A stretch of DNA of 64,000 bases, taken from NCBI GenBank assembly GCA_963845515.1, contig CAWJSR010000055.1:147534-211533 (forward strand). The letters are read 5' to 3'. The notes below the pieces were generated by a model. The model ran no database searches, had not been told where the DNA came from, and saw only the letters and a program-made list of their open reading frames with translations. A program made the translations under genes and the position numbers. Source of the stretch: an uncultured delta proteobacterium (GTDB taxonomy: Bacteria > Myxococcota > Myxococcia > Myxococcales > Anaeromyxobacteraceae). Shown piece by piece: positions 42,533 through 54,547 of the stretch (position 1 is its first letter; every line of letters begins with the position of its first letter).

Positions 42533-42548
42533 GCTTGTGCTCCTGTTG

Positions 42549-44901
42549 TCAGGCTGCCGCCGCCATGGCGCTCTTCGCCATGCCGGCCAGTACCGCCACG
42601 TCGAGAATCAGCGCCACGTGGCCGTCGCCCATGATGGTGGCGCCGGAAACGCCAGGCACCTTGCGATAATTGGCTTCCAGGCTCTTGATCACGACCTGCT
42701 GCTGGCCGACCAGGGCGTCGACGAACAGCGCGGCCTTGGTCGCCGTCCGCTTCGAGGATGACCATGATGCCGTCGCTCCAGCGCCGTCACGGCGCCGGGT
42801 ATGCCGAACAACTCGTGCAGGGCGATCACCGGCAGGTATTCGCCGCGCACCTGAACAACAGGCGCTTGACGCCGGAAATGCTCTTGATCATGCCCGGTTC
42901 GGCCTGCAGCGATTCGATCACGTAGCCCAGCGGCATGATGTAGGTTTCGCTGGCCGACCGCGACCGACATGCCGTCGAGAATCGCCAGCGTCAGCGGCAG
43001 CCGGACGGTCATGCGCGTGCCGATGCCGGTCATCGACTCGATCTCGACGCGACCGCCCATGGCGTTGATGTTGCGTCTTCACCACGTCCATGCCGACGCC
43101 GCGGCCGGACACCTCGGTGACCTGCTCGGCGGTCGAGAAACCGGCCTCGAAGATCAGCTGCCAGACTTCCTGGTCGGTCATCTGGTCATGCACCTGGAGG
43201 CCGCGCTCCCTGGCCTTGGCGAGAATCTTGCTGCGCGGTTCAGGCCGGCGCCGTCGTCGCCGACCTCGATGACGATGTTGCCGCTCTGGTGGTAGGCGCG
43301 CAGCGTGATGGTGCCGACCGGCTGCTTGCCCTTCTCGGCCCGCGCGTCGGGCATTTCGATGCCGTGGTCGAGGCTGTTGCGCACCAGGTGGGTGAGCGGA
43401 TCGGTGATGCGCTCGATCAGGCCCTTGTCGAGTTCGGTGCTCTCGCCGACCAGCTTGAGCTCGACCTGCTTGCCCAGCTTCTGCGAAAGGTCGCGCACCA
43501 CGCGCGGGAAGCGCGAGAACACCACGGATATCGGCATCATGCGGATCGACATCACCGATTCCTGCAGATCGCGCGTAGTTGCGCTCCAGTTGCGTCAGGC
43601 CGTTGTGCAGGCGTTCGAATGCGACTGGGTCGACTGCCGCTGGCCGACTGCGCCAGCATGGCCTGGGTGATCACCAGTTCGCCGACCAGATTGATCAGTT
43701 GATCGACCTTGTCGACGCCGACGCGGATGGTGGCCTCGCCGCCAGCTGCCTTGCCCGCCGGCTTGGCCGCCACCTCGCGCTTTTCCGCCGGCGCGTCGGC
43801 AGCGGGCTTCGCCACCGCCGGGGCGACCGGCACGTCCGCGGCGACCGGAACCGGCACCTCCACGAACAACCCGAAGCCATCGCCCTCGAGGGCAACCGAT
43901 GCCGAGGCGGCATCGGCTGTCATGACCGCGGTCGCCGGCGCCGGAACATCGGCAAAGAAGCCGTAACTGCCGTCGCCCGCGTCCGCCGGGACCGCCGGAG
44001 AAGGCTCCGATGCCGGCATCTCGTCGAAAAGTCCGTACGCCTCGCCCCCTTGATCGCGCCCTTGATCGCCAGACGATGCGCTCGGCGCCACATCGGCGAA
44101 TAGTCCGTAGGCTTCCTCGACAGCGGGCGGCGTCGCTTCGTCCGAGAACAGCCCGTAGGCATCCTCGGTCGCATCGGCCGCGAGGCCGCCGCCGAGCGGC
44201 AGAATTCTGATGCTGTCGCTGCGCGCGACGAACTCGAGCATGCCGCGCAACGCTTCACCATCCGCCTCGCCAAGCAGTTCCACCCGATAGGGCTGCCCTT
44301 CGGTGTCCGGCGCGGCAAGCAGCCGGACGCCGCCGAAGTCGGCCAACTCCCCGAGCACGCTGTCGCACATCGCCCGAGTAACTTCCGGGGCGCCTTCCAG
44401 GACAAACTGAATCTCGCAACCCATGACAGGCGTCGGCACAGGCACCGCCCCGGTTCCTGGAGAAGGCTGCGGTTCCGCCGCAACCGGCTCGGCTGTCGGA
44501 ACCGCGGGATCGCTCCCGCCGGTCAGGGACTTCAAACGCGCACAGGTCGCGTCGACGGCGGCAGGATCGACCTCGCCATCGCCCTTGTGGCCCGCCAGCA
44601 TGGTCTTGAGGACGTCGCCGGCGTCGAGAAAGGCATCGATCATTTCGTCGCGCAGCGCCAACTCGCCCTTGCGAATCCGATCGAGCAGGTTCTCCAGAAT
44701 ATGGGTGACCTGAGCCATGTCGGTAAAACCGAACGTGCCCGCCGACCCCTTGATCGAGTGGGCCGCGCGGAATATCGCGTTCAGCTGCTCGATGTCGGGG
44801 TTGGCCATGTCGAGCCCCAGCAACAGGGACTCCATGTTGGCCAGATGCTCGTCGGTCTCTTCGAAGAAGACCTGGTAGAACTGGCTGAGATCGATAGCCA
44901 C
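42549..44901 (-). CDS. cheA: Chemotaxis histidine kinase; several frameshifts between 42700 and 43650
   Basis: HPt 'FRAAHSIKG'; '[20 protein letters not shown]'; '[14 protein letters not shown]'; 'GFSTA...[10 protein letters not shown]'; 'LPLTLAI'. Confidence 0.94.
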
Positions 44902-44928
44902 CGTCGGCCTCCGTTCCGTTCGGCGGCG

Positions 44929-45294
44929 TTAACCGATGACCTTCTTGACGATCTCGATCAGCTTCTGCGGATCAAAAGGCTTGACCAGCCAACCGGTCGC
45001 ACCGGCGGCGCGACCTTGCTGCTTCATCGCATCGGACGACTCGGTCGTCAGCATCAGGATCGGCACGGTCTTGTACTGCGGCATGCCGCGCAGCGTCTTG
45101 ATCAGGGTCAGGCCGTCCATGCGCGGCATGTTCTGGTCGGAAAGGATCAGGTTGAAGGTCTTGCTCTTGGCCTTTTCGAGGCCGTCCATGCCATCCACGG
45201 CTTCGACAACCTCGTACCCGGAACTCTTCAGGGTAAAGGCCACCATCTGACGAATGGATGCGGAATCATCGACTGCGAGGATTGTTTTTGCCAT
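44929..45294 (-). CDS. cheY: Chemotaxis response regulator
   Basis: 'ILAVDDSASIRQMV'; 'DQNMPRMDG'; 'LTTES'; 'GWLVKPFDP'. Confidence 0.93.
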   Translation of the reverse strand: MAKTILAVDDSASIRQMVAFTLKSSGYEVVEAVDGMDGLEKAKSKTFNLILSDQNMPRMDGLTLIKTLRGMPQYKTVPILMLTTESSDAMKQQGRAAGATGWLVKPFDPQKLIEIVKKVIG

Positions 45295-45307
45295 TTGCTC
45301 AAGGCTC

Positions 45308-46548
45308 CTAGAAGAGTTCTATGTCGCCGCGGCTGAGTGCCTGCTGGCCGACGGGATTGTCTGCCGCCAAGCTTCGAAAGATCCGCCAGACCGGCGGCGA
45401 TCTTACCGGTTTCGCCGCGCAGATTCGCAATCGCCGCGCCGATATCGCTTTGGGCGGCATCGGCCCGCAGCCTGCGGCCAAGCGCGCCCAGCTCGGCGAG
45501 CACGCTTTCCAGCGCCTCGATTCGACGGCCAGACGTGGTCCATGAGCTGCGACACCATGTCCTGGAACTGCAGCGCGGTCACCGCCTGGTTGACCTGCGT
45601 TCGGCGACCCGGTCAGAACCACTCGCCAGGCGGTCGATGGCCACATTGCGAACCCTGGTTCTGCTCTTCCATGGTGAGCATGATCTGCTCCGACCTGCGT
45701 CTTGGAGTTGAGGGCAAAGGTCATGTCCTGACCGGCCATGCGCTGTATGGCCTGCTCGGTCTGGTGTACCGATGTCTGCATGCTTTCCATCAAGGTGCTG
45801 ATCTGCTGACTGAACTGGGTGGTGCGGCCGGACAGGTCGCGCACTTCGTCGGCGACCACCGCGAATCCACGCCCGCTTCGCCGGCCCGCGCCGCCTCGAT
45901 GGCGGCATTGAGCGCCAGCAGGTTGGTCTGCTTGGCGATGGCGCCGATTTCGGAAAGGATGCTCCTGCACCTTCTGGGCGTGCTTGGCGATGCCATCGGT
46001 CAGTTCGACCAGTTCCATGCCGAGCTTGCTGTTGCCGATCACGCTATCGACGACTTCGCGCCATCACCTGGGAGGTGCTGGCAACGAACTCGTCGAACTG
46101 TGCGACCTTCGCAGCCGGCTGGCCACCGGCCGCGCCCGTGACGCCCAGCGCTACCTCGTGCTGCTCGCGGATCAACTCGTTCATGCCGTGGAAAGCTGCT
46201 GGTCAAGCTGGCCAATGGCGTCGGCCAGCAGCGCCTGCAGGTACGATCAACCTCGGCCCTGATGTCGGTCGAACTGGACGCGAGCACTGGTCAATCGCAC
46301 TCATCGAGCAGGCTCGGTAAATTCTCCGATCAGCTGCCCGCTCGCCGTCCGAGGCGCGGCCGTCCTGTTGCTCTGGCGGCCGCCAGCCGGCGTACTGCGC
46401 AAAGGCACCGGCCGCGAGCAGACCGGCAGCCAGCAAGACCAGCGCCACCAGACCAGCCGGCGCCGGCCTTGTCGATGTCCAATAGCGCATATGCGCCGAC
46501 CAGCACCGCCATGGTCCAGGCAAGGCCCGATCGCGATGAATTTGCCAA
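45308..46548 (-). CDS. Short methyl-accepting chemotaxis-like protein; many frameshifts
   Basis: Two N-terminal TMs; 'IAKQTNLLALNAAIEAARAG' and '[15 protein letters not shown]' in adjacent frames; ends 'GDIELF'. Start approximate. Confidence 0.78.
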
Positions 46549-46584
46549 GACAAGTCAAGCGTCTGTTCCCCAGATATTCCACTG

Positions 46585-47544
46585 TCAAGCGCCGCTTCCG
46601 GCCGGAGACGGCTCGCGACCGCACTGTCCACGGCCTCCGTCGGCGGCTTCCGCATTATCCACCTCGGCGATATTGCCGTCCCTCATTATCGCTTCCTCGG
46701 TGCGCTTGTTCAGCACGACGATGCTGATGCGCCGGTTGATCGCGCTATAGGGATCGTCCTTGTCGTAACAGCACGGTGGAGGCGAGGCCGACCACCCGCA
46801 TCACTCTTGCTGTCGTCCATGCCGCCCGCCACCAATTCGCGGCGCGAAGCATTGGCGCGATTGGTCGACAGCTCCCAGTTGCCGAAACCCTTGTCGCCAC
46901 CGGCATAAGGCGTGGCATCGGTGTGTCCCGACAGGCTGATTCGGTTCTCGACCTTGTTCAGACCCCTGCCGATTTCGCGCAGGATGTCGCGGGTATAGGG
47001 CTTGAGTTCCGAACTGGCCGAATCGAACATCGGCCGATTCTTTTCATCGACGATCTGGATGCGCAGACCCTCGGTGGTCAGGTCGAGCAGCAGCTGGTTC
47101 TTGAATTGCTTGAGCGTCGGGCGTCGCATCGATCAAGGCCTCCGATGTTCGCCCTTGAGAGTTTCGAGCTTCTGGCTGCTCCAGCTTCTCGAAGTCCGCC
47201 TTGAGGCGCTGCAGGTTGATGGTCTTCTTTTCCGACTCGGTCTCGCCTTTCTTCACCTGGCCAGAGGTGCGCGTCAGATCTTCGCCGCCCCCCTGGACAA
47301 CCGACGAGGAATCGCCGGAGCCGGAGCCGCCAACAGAGCGCCACTTTGAGCGGCGTCTGAAAATAGTCCGCGATCCCCTTGAGGTCGCCCTTGGTGGTCG
47401 AACCCAGCAGCCACATGAGCAGGAAGAAAGCCATCATCGCCGTGACGAAGTCGGCGTAGGCGATCTTCCAGGCGCCGCCATGTGACCGCCGCCACCCTTC
47501 TTGATGCGCTTGACGACTATCGGCTGTTGGCTATCGTCGCTCAT
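46585..47544 (-). CDS. motB: Flagellar stator protein B; frameshifted
   Basis: '[21 protein letters not shown]'; 'EGLRIQIVD'; 'SGHTD'; 'NWELS..RA'; 'NRRISIVVL'. Confidence 0.93.
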
Positions 47545-47560
47545 GGCGAGTCACTGGCCT

Positions 47561-48422
47561 TCACTTGCCCTTGCGGGCCTTGAGGTCTTCTTCCAGTTCG
47601 ATGAAGGTCGGCCGGTCGGTCGAGTAAAGCACCTTGCGACCGAATTCGACCGCCACCTGCGGGCGCGTAGCCGTTCATGCTCGCCAGCAGGACGACCTTG
47701 ATGCACTGATAGATCTTGCCGCCCTCTTCGGCCTTCTGCTCTAGCTGGCCGGCGATCGGCGCAACGAAGCCGTAGGAAACCAGAATACCGAGGAAGGTGC
47801 CGACCAGCGCGCCGCCGATCATCTTGCCCGAGCACCGCCGGCGGCTCGCCCACCGAGCCCATCACGTTCACCACGCCCATCACGGCCACCACGATACCGA
47901 AGGCCGGCATCGCGTCGGCGACCTTCGACATGCACATGGGCCGGAACATGGGCCTCGTGATGGTGAGTCTCGATTTCGATATCCATCAGGTTCTCGATTT
48001 CGAAGGCATTGAGGTTGCCGCCAACCATCATGCGCAGGTAGTCGGTGATGAATTCCATGACATGGTGATCATGTATCACCGTCGGGTACTTGGAGAAGAT
48101 CGGACTGCCGTCCGGGTTCTCGATGTCGCCCTCGATCGACATCAGACCTTCCTTGCGCACCTTGGCGAGGATCTCGTAGAGCATGGCCAGCAGATCCATG
48201 TACAGCGCCTTGTTGAGATTCGAGCCCTTCAGCACCGATGGCAGGGCGGCGAGCCGTCGCCTTGATCGCCTTGCTGCTGTTGCCGGCGATGAACCCACCG
48301 ACGGTCAGGCCAACAATGGCGAGATACTCGAGCGGCACGAAAAGGGCGGCCAGGCTGCCGTGCACGGCATAGGTGCCGACCGACGCCGCCAGGATCACCA
48401 CATAACCGATCAACAGAAACAC
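47561..48422 (-). CDS. motA: Flagellar stator protein A; frameshifted
   Basis: 'RKEGLMSIE'; 'DYLRMMV'; 'DAMPAFGIV'; 'GALVGTFLGIL.SYGF'. Confidence 0.93.
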
Positions 48423-48624
48423 GACCGGCCTCCCGATGTCCGAATCAATGCGAACCGGCCCGGCGCTAGCGTCCGGGCTCGATTGGTGCCGCAATCATAT
48501 CGGTATTCAACCCCGGGCGGAGTGGTCGTGCAGAGGCCTTTTAGCCCCGCTATTCCGGCCGCCCCGCGCCGAGCGGCGCGGGGCGGCCGCCAGAGGATCA
48601 ACAGCGACCAATCAGTGACATGTC

Positions 48625-49167
48625 TCAGGCGGCGACGGCTTCGGCAGCGGCACGCCGCGTCTTGCCGGCGCGGGCCGGCATGTGGCACAAGCCGCAGACA
48701 TACCCACGGGTGGGATCGTAGGCATGGGCAACGAACTCGCCACCGCACTCCTTGCAGGTGGCCATCTGCAGCATGCTGGCCTCGAAGAAGCGCACCATCG
48801 TCCAGGCGCGGGTCAGCGACAGACACCATGTCCATACCGGCAGCGTCGATCTGTTCCAGGTACATGCGGTAGGCCTTGATGATCAGTTCAAGACCCTTGA
48901 GGCTGGGTGTTGCGCTGGAGGAAACCGGAAGTAAGCCATGAACAGGGAGGCATGCACGTTCGGCTGCCAGGTCATGAACCAGTCGGTCGAAAAAGGCAGC
49001 ATGCCCTTGGGCGGCGAAACGCCGCGCACTTCCTTGTAGAGCTTGAGCAGTCGCTCGCGCGAGAGCTTGGTTTCCGCCTCCAGCATTTGCAGGCGGGCAC
49101 CCAACTGGATGAGTTCGACGGCTAGGCGAATATCTCTCGCCTCCGAGATCACGGACTTGTTACGCAT
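48625..49167 (-). CDS. flhC: Flagellar master regulator subunit C; frameshifted
   Basis: '[12 protein letters not shown]'; '[22 protein letters not shown]'; C-terminal Cys zinc-site region. Confidence 0.93.
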
Positions 49168-49212
49168 GAGGAACCTCCGAATCGATCGATGTATGGAGTC
49201 GCGCTGCGACCG

Positions 49213-49531
49213 TCAGGCCACAGTTGCAACAGGCCGGCCGGCGGCCAGAATCGCCGCGTGAATGTGACCGACGCCACGGTCACGCTCGTGATTGGCCAGT
49301 AGATCGATCAACAGCGAATCTTCGAAGCGGAAGCTGCACAGCAGCATGTCGGAAGCTGGCCATCTTCAGAACCTGCCCCGGGGTCAGACGTTCAAGGATA
49401 TCGGCAATCTCCTCGCTGATGCCAAGCCGGAAAATGGCCGCTTCCCGATCGGAGCGAACCATGTTTTGTGCCAGCATCAGGTAGGCGAGATTGACTTCCT
49501 TTATGTCGTTGTAGGTGTCAGTCGATTTCAT
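49213..49531 (-). CDS. flhD: Flagellar master regulator subunit D; frameshifted
   Basis: '[13 protein letters not shown]'; 'AIFRLGIS'; 'LCSFRF'; 'HAAIL'. Confidence 0.92.
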
Positions 49532-49691
49532 TGGAAAACTCCTTGTAGGCCCGCCCTCCTGCGCTCCACGCCTTACCCGGGACCAGAATCCCCGCGCCGG
49601 CTGCTTTGACGGTGATGACATTATCAATCCGACTCCGTCAAGGAAAACATCACTGTAAAACGGTTTCTGTTGTCAGAAATGGGGCGGCTCA

Positions 49692-49716
49692 GTTTGTAAG
49701 AAAAAACCTTACAAAC
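49692..49716. promoter_or_regulatory. Perfect inverted repeat upstream of flhD (candidate operator)
   Basis: gtttgtaag-N7-cttacaaac in an AT-rich intergenic region. Confidence 0.55.
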
Positions 49717-49777
49717 CGCCAGCAAGCAACTGAATTTTATTTATTTTTCCAGTCAGAATCCGGGTCGCCCCAGGCGC

Positions 49778-51706
49778 CTATACCGTCCGTGCCATGGTAC
49801 CGACGCGATTGCGGCCCTGGTCCTTGGCTATGTACAGCCCCTGGTCGGCGCGTTTCACCAACATGGCGACATCCTCCATGCCGACATCCTGTACCGCCAC
49901 ACCAATGCTGACGGTTGTCGTCAGGTGCAACCGGCCGATGTTGACGCTCATCGCCTGAACCGAGTGACGGATGCGCTCCGCGCAAGCCAGCGCGGACGAC
50001 AGGGGAGTATCCGGGCAGATGACCAGGAACTCGTCGCCGCCGATGCGCGCCACCAGGTCCTGCACGCGCAAACCCGACTTGAGGGCCAGCGCCGCCTGTT
50101 TGAGGACCGCATCACCGACGTCATGGCCATGGCGGTCGTTGATCGGCTTGAACTCGTCGAGATCGACCACCATGCAGGAAAGCGGTCGCTTGCTGCGCAA
50201 CGCCGCCGCCCACTCCTGGTCGAGTCGCTCCATGGCGAAGCGCCGATTGGGGAAGCCGGTCAAGGCATCGGTCAATGCGGCTTCCTGGAGGCGGCGATTG
50301 GTCACCGCCAACTCCGCGGCGAATCGGCGAATGTCTTCCCGGTCGCGCTCGATTTCGTCTTGCAGCTTGATCACGCGTTGCCCGCCACGCAGGCGGGCCG
50401 CCAGCACGCGCGGCTTGAGCGGCTTGACCATGAAGTCATCGACACCGCTTTCGAACGCTTTCACCAAATTCTCTTCGTCCTCCAATCCGGTCAGGATCAG
50501 AATATAGATGCCGCGACCAAGCTTGGTCTCCCGAAGCGCGCGGGTCAGCGCGATGCCGTCCATCTCCGGCATCATCCAATCGATCACCATCAGTTGGGGC
50601 TGAACTTCCAGGGCCATCTCCAGCCCGCGGCGCCCGTTGGTCGCCTCGTACACCTCATGGCCATGATTGGTCAGCAGCGCCCTGAGCACGGCACGAATGG
50701 CCGCATCGTCGTCCACGACCAGCACGCGCATGCGGTAGCCTTCGTCGCCGGGCAGTTCGGTATCGCCAACCATCATCTTCGGCGGCGGCGGCGCTTGGCA
50801 GAGGTCCTCGAACGGCGGCAGCACCGATGTCCTGACTTCGAGCAGCGCGCCCCAGTCCAGCCAGTCCCGGGCCACCTTGTTGCATAGAGTGGTCAACGTG
50901 TCGGCTTCGATCGACAGGCGGCTGCCGAGCAGAAACAGGGGCGGCATCATGGCGCGCCGCTCGGATTCGGGCGCCAGGCAGACATCGGCGATGCGGTGCG
51001 CCAATACCAGAGCCCAGGTCAGCGTGTAGGGCCGAGAACCGTCGACAAAGCCGGCACTCTCGGGGCACTCATGGCGATAGACAGGATCGACGTATATCTT
51101 GGGCAAGCCCCAGTCGAGCAGCATCGCCGCCGACAGCTCGCCATGGGTCATGACAAAGGCTTCCTGTTCCAGCCTGGTTTGCTTGTCAACGCCGACGCGA
51201 CGAACCTCGCCAAGCAATTGCGTGTACTGCCTCGGGAACAGAGTCGCAAGCGCCAGCTCGCCAATACGCGAGAGCAGGCCAATGCTGAAACACTCTTCAG
51301 GCGGCGCGGCGCGCAAGCGGGCCGCCAGCGCCTGAAACGCCACCGCACAAACCAGCGAGTGCGACCAGAAGTGCGGGTAGTCGAATTCCGCGCACTTCCC
51401 GTCGCGGTATTCCGAGAGCAGGGAAAAGCTCAGCGCCAGCCCCCGTACCGCCGGAATGCCAAGCACCATCAGGGCATCCTGGATCGAGGCTATGGGCCGA
51501 TGAGCACCCACCTGGACAGAGTTGGAGGCCTTGATCAACCTGCCGACAAAAGCCGGATCACCCTTGACCGCGTTGACGATATCGGCAATCTTGGCATTGT
51601 CCCGTTGCGTCTGGCGAATGATGGCCAGTGCGGCGCCTGTCGGCGAGGGCAGGTGACCGGTGGCCTTGAGTTGTTTGTATTGGCTGAGATCTATCGGGCT
51701 GGTCAT
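49778..51706 (-). CDS. HDOD-REC-GGDEF diguanylate cyclase
   Basis: HDOD 'LPSP...DPAFVGRLIKASNS...FWSHS'; REC 'VVDDD..DWMMPEMDG'; I-site 'RVQD'; intact 'GGDEF'. Confidence 0.93.
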   Translation of the reverse strand: MTSPIDLSQYKQLKATGHLPSPTGAALAIIRQTQRDNAKIADIVNAVKGDPAFVGRLIKASNSVQVGAHRPIASIQDALMVLGIPAVRGLALSFSLLSEYRDGKCAEFDYPHFWSHSLVCAVAFQALAARLRAAPPEECFSIGLLSRIGELALATLFPRQYTQLLGEVRRVGVDKQTRLEQEAFVMTHGELSAAMLLDWGLPKIYVDPVYRHECPESAGFVDGSRPYTLTWALVLAHRIADVCLAPESERRAMMPPLFLLGSRLSIEADTLTTLCNKVARDWLDWGALLEVRTSVLPPFEDLCQAPPPPKMMVGDTELPGDEGYRMRVLVVDDDAAIRAVLRALLTNHGHEVYEATNGRRGLEMALEVQPQLMVIDWMMPEMDGIALTRALRETKLGRGIYILILTGLEDEENLVKAFESGVDDFMVKPLKPRVLAARLRGGQRVIKLQDEIERDREDIRRFAAELAVTNRRLQEAALTDALTGFPNRRFAMERLDQEWAAALRSKRPLSCMVVDLDEFKPINDRHGHDVGDAVLKQAALALKSGLRVQDLVARIGGDEFLVICPDTPLSSALACAERIRHSVQAMSVNIGRLHLTTTVSIGVAVQDVGMEDVAMLVKRADQGLYIAKDQGRNRVGTMARTV

Positions 51707-51813
51707 TGCGGCTGGCTCGAACCTGGACGGCGTGGGTCTCCGCCAAGTTATATCACAGCGACCGACAGGGACCGCCAACACGGCTGGGCCAAGTCCATTA
51801 GAATCAATCTCGC

Positions 51814-52359
51814 ATGGATCCGGCCATCAACTATTGCTCGAACTGCGGCGCGCCTGTCGCCATCCGCATCCCCGCCGGGGACCGGTTGCCACGCCATATG
51901 TGCGATGCCTGCGGCGCCATTCACTACCAAAACCCCCGGCTGGTGGTCGGCGCGTTGCCGGTCTGGGAAGACAAGATCCTGCTCTGCCGCAGGGCCATCG
52001 AGCCGCGCCACGGCAAATGGACGCTGCCCGCCGGGTTCATGGAGAACGGTGAGACGGTCGCCGACGCCGCCCGTCGCGAGACCAGCGAAGAGGCGAACGC
52101 CCGCATCGAACTGGACGACATGTTCACCCTGATCGCCGTGCCGCACATCAGTCAGGTGCATGTCGTCTATCGCGCCCGTCTGCTCGACCTGGACTTCTCC
52201 GCCGGCGAGGAAACCCTTGAGACCCGGCTCTTCGGCGAGGCGGAGATTCCCTGGGAGGAAATCGCCTTCCGGACGATTGCCATGACCCTGCGCCACTACT
52301 TCGCCGACCGGCGCGCCGGTGCCTTCCTCTTCCACGCCGGCGACCTGACCCCGCCTTGA
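51814..52359 (+). CDS. Zinc-ribbon Nudix hydrolase
   Basis: Two CxxC pairs; 'HYQNP'; Nudix box '[21 protein letters not shown]'. Confidence 0.93.
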   Translation: MDPAINYCSNCGAPVAIRIPAGDRLPRHMCDACGAIHYQNPRLVVGALPVWEDKILLCRRAIEPRHGKWTLPAGFMENGETVADAARRETSEEANARIELDDMFTLIAVPHISQVHVVYRARLLDLDFSAGEETLETRLFGEAEIPWEEIAFRTIAMTLRHYFADRRAGAFLFHAGDLTPP

Positions 52360-52372
52360 CAAGGAGAGTGCC

Positions 52373-52867
52373 GTGACCTTTGCCACCGCCGACCTGTGCG
52401 ACAGCCACGAAGAGATGATCCGTAACGGAGAACTGCGGGTCGTCGCGCCGATGTTCCGCAGTTTTGGCGGCTGCGGAACCTTCTCTGGCCGGATTGCCAC
52501 GCTCAAACTGTTCGAAGACAACTCCTTGGTCCGCACGGCCCTCGACCAGGCGGGCGACGGCCGCGTGCTGCTCATCGACGGTGGCGGCTCGCTGCGCCGC
52601 GCCCTGGTCGGCGATCAACTCGCGATGCTGGCCGTCAAGAACGGCTGGAGGGGGATTGTCGCCTACGGCTGCATCCGCGACTCCGCCGCCATCGCCGGCA
52701 TGGACCTCGGCGTCCTCGCCCTGGCCACCCATCCCCAGAAGACCGACAAGAGGAACGTCGGCGAGGCGGATATCGCCGTCACCTTCGGCGGCGTCACCTT
52801 CAAGCCGGGTGAATGGCTTTACGCCGACGCCGATGGCGTCCTGATCGCGACGAATCCCCTGACCTGA
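52373..52867 (+). CDS. rraA: RraA / HMG aldolase-oxaloacetate decarboxylase family protein
   Basis: 'TADLCD'; 'FEDNSLV'; 'IDGGGS.RRALVGD'; 'GCIRD'; 'YADADG'. Confidence 0.92.
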   Translation: MTFATADLCDSHEEMIRNGELRVVAPMFRSFGGCGTFSGRIATLKLFEDNSLVRTALDQAGDGRVLLIDGGGSLRRALVGDQLAMLAVKNGWRGIVAYGCIRDSAAIAGMDLGVLALATHPQKTDKRNVGEADIAVTFGGVTFKPGEWLYADADGVLIATNPLT

Positions 52868-52959
52868 AACGCGCCCACCAATGGTGGAATCCGCCGGGCC
52901 TGGACCCGGGTCGATGGCATTTTGCCAGCAAGAATATCGTTTCACATAACGAGAGATAG

Positions 52960-53020
52960 AACTTATCCAATTGATTTAACTGGATAAGTTTTTGTCTAAT
53001 GTCTTATATAAGACACTTGT
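52960..53020. promoter_or_regulatory. Two palindromic sites upstream of aceA, one resembling the betaproteobacterial TCA-cycle (SdhR-like) box
   Basis: aacttatcca-N11-tggataagtt (52960-52990) and the perfect 16-bp palindrome tgtcttatataagaca (53000-53015). Confidence 0.7.
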
Positions 53021-53116
53021 TGCTTCGCATCATTTCCCCTATACTTCGTCCCATCAATCGCCCACGAACTTAGTCGGGCATTGAACCCAACTAGACAACC
53101 TATCGAGGACAGAAAA

Positions 53117-54419
<1,303 letters not shown>

Positions 54420-54493
54420 TCCTGCCGATTCCGCCAAGCACCGGACCCTCGGCACAGAGGGAGTGGAACCGCGGTAGTTCTCGCGGGAGAAGG

Positions 54494-54529
54494 GACCGCG
54501 CCGGTAAGATTTCCGCGACCGGCGCGGTC
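54494..54529. terminator. Hairpin between convergent aceA and hydrolase genes
   Basis: gaccgcgccggt-N12-accggcgcggtc; no clear U-tract. Confidence 0.45.
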
Positions 54530-54547
54530 GATTCTCGATGGCGCCGA

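Noticed and set aside
48423..48624. Sigma28 promoter upstream of motA
   Set aside because: An ACCGATAT -10-like element exists, but I found no convincing -35 at the right spacing.
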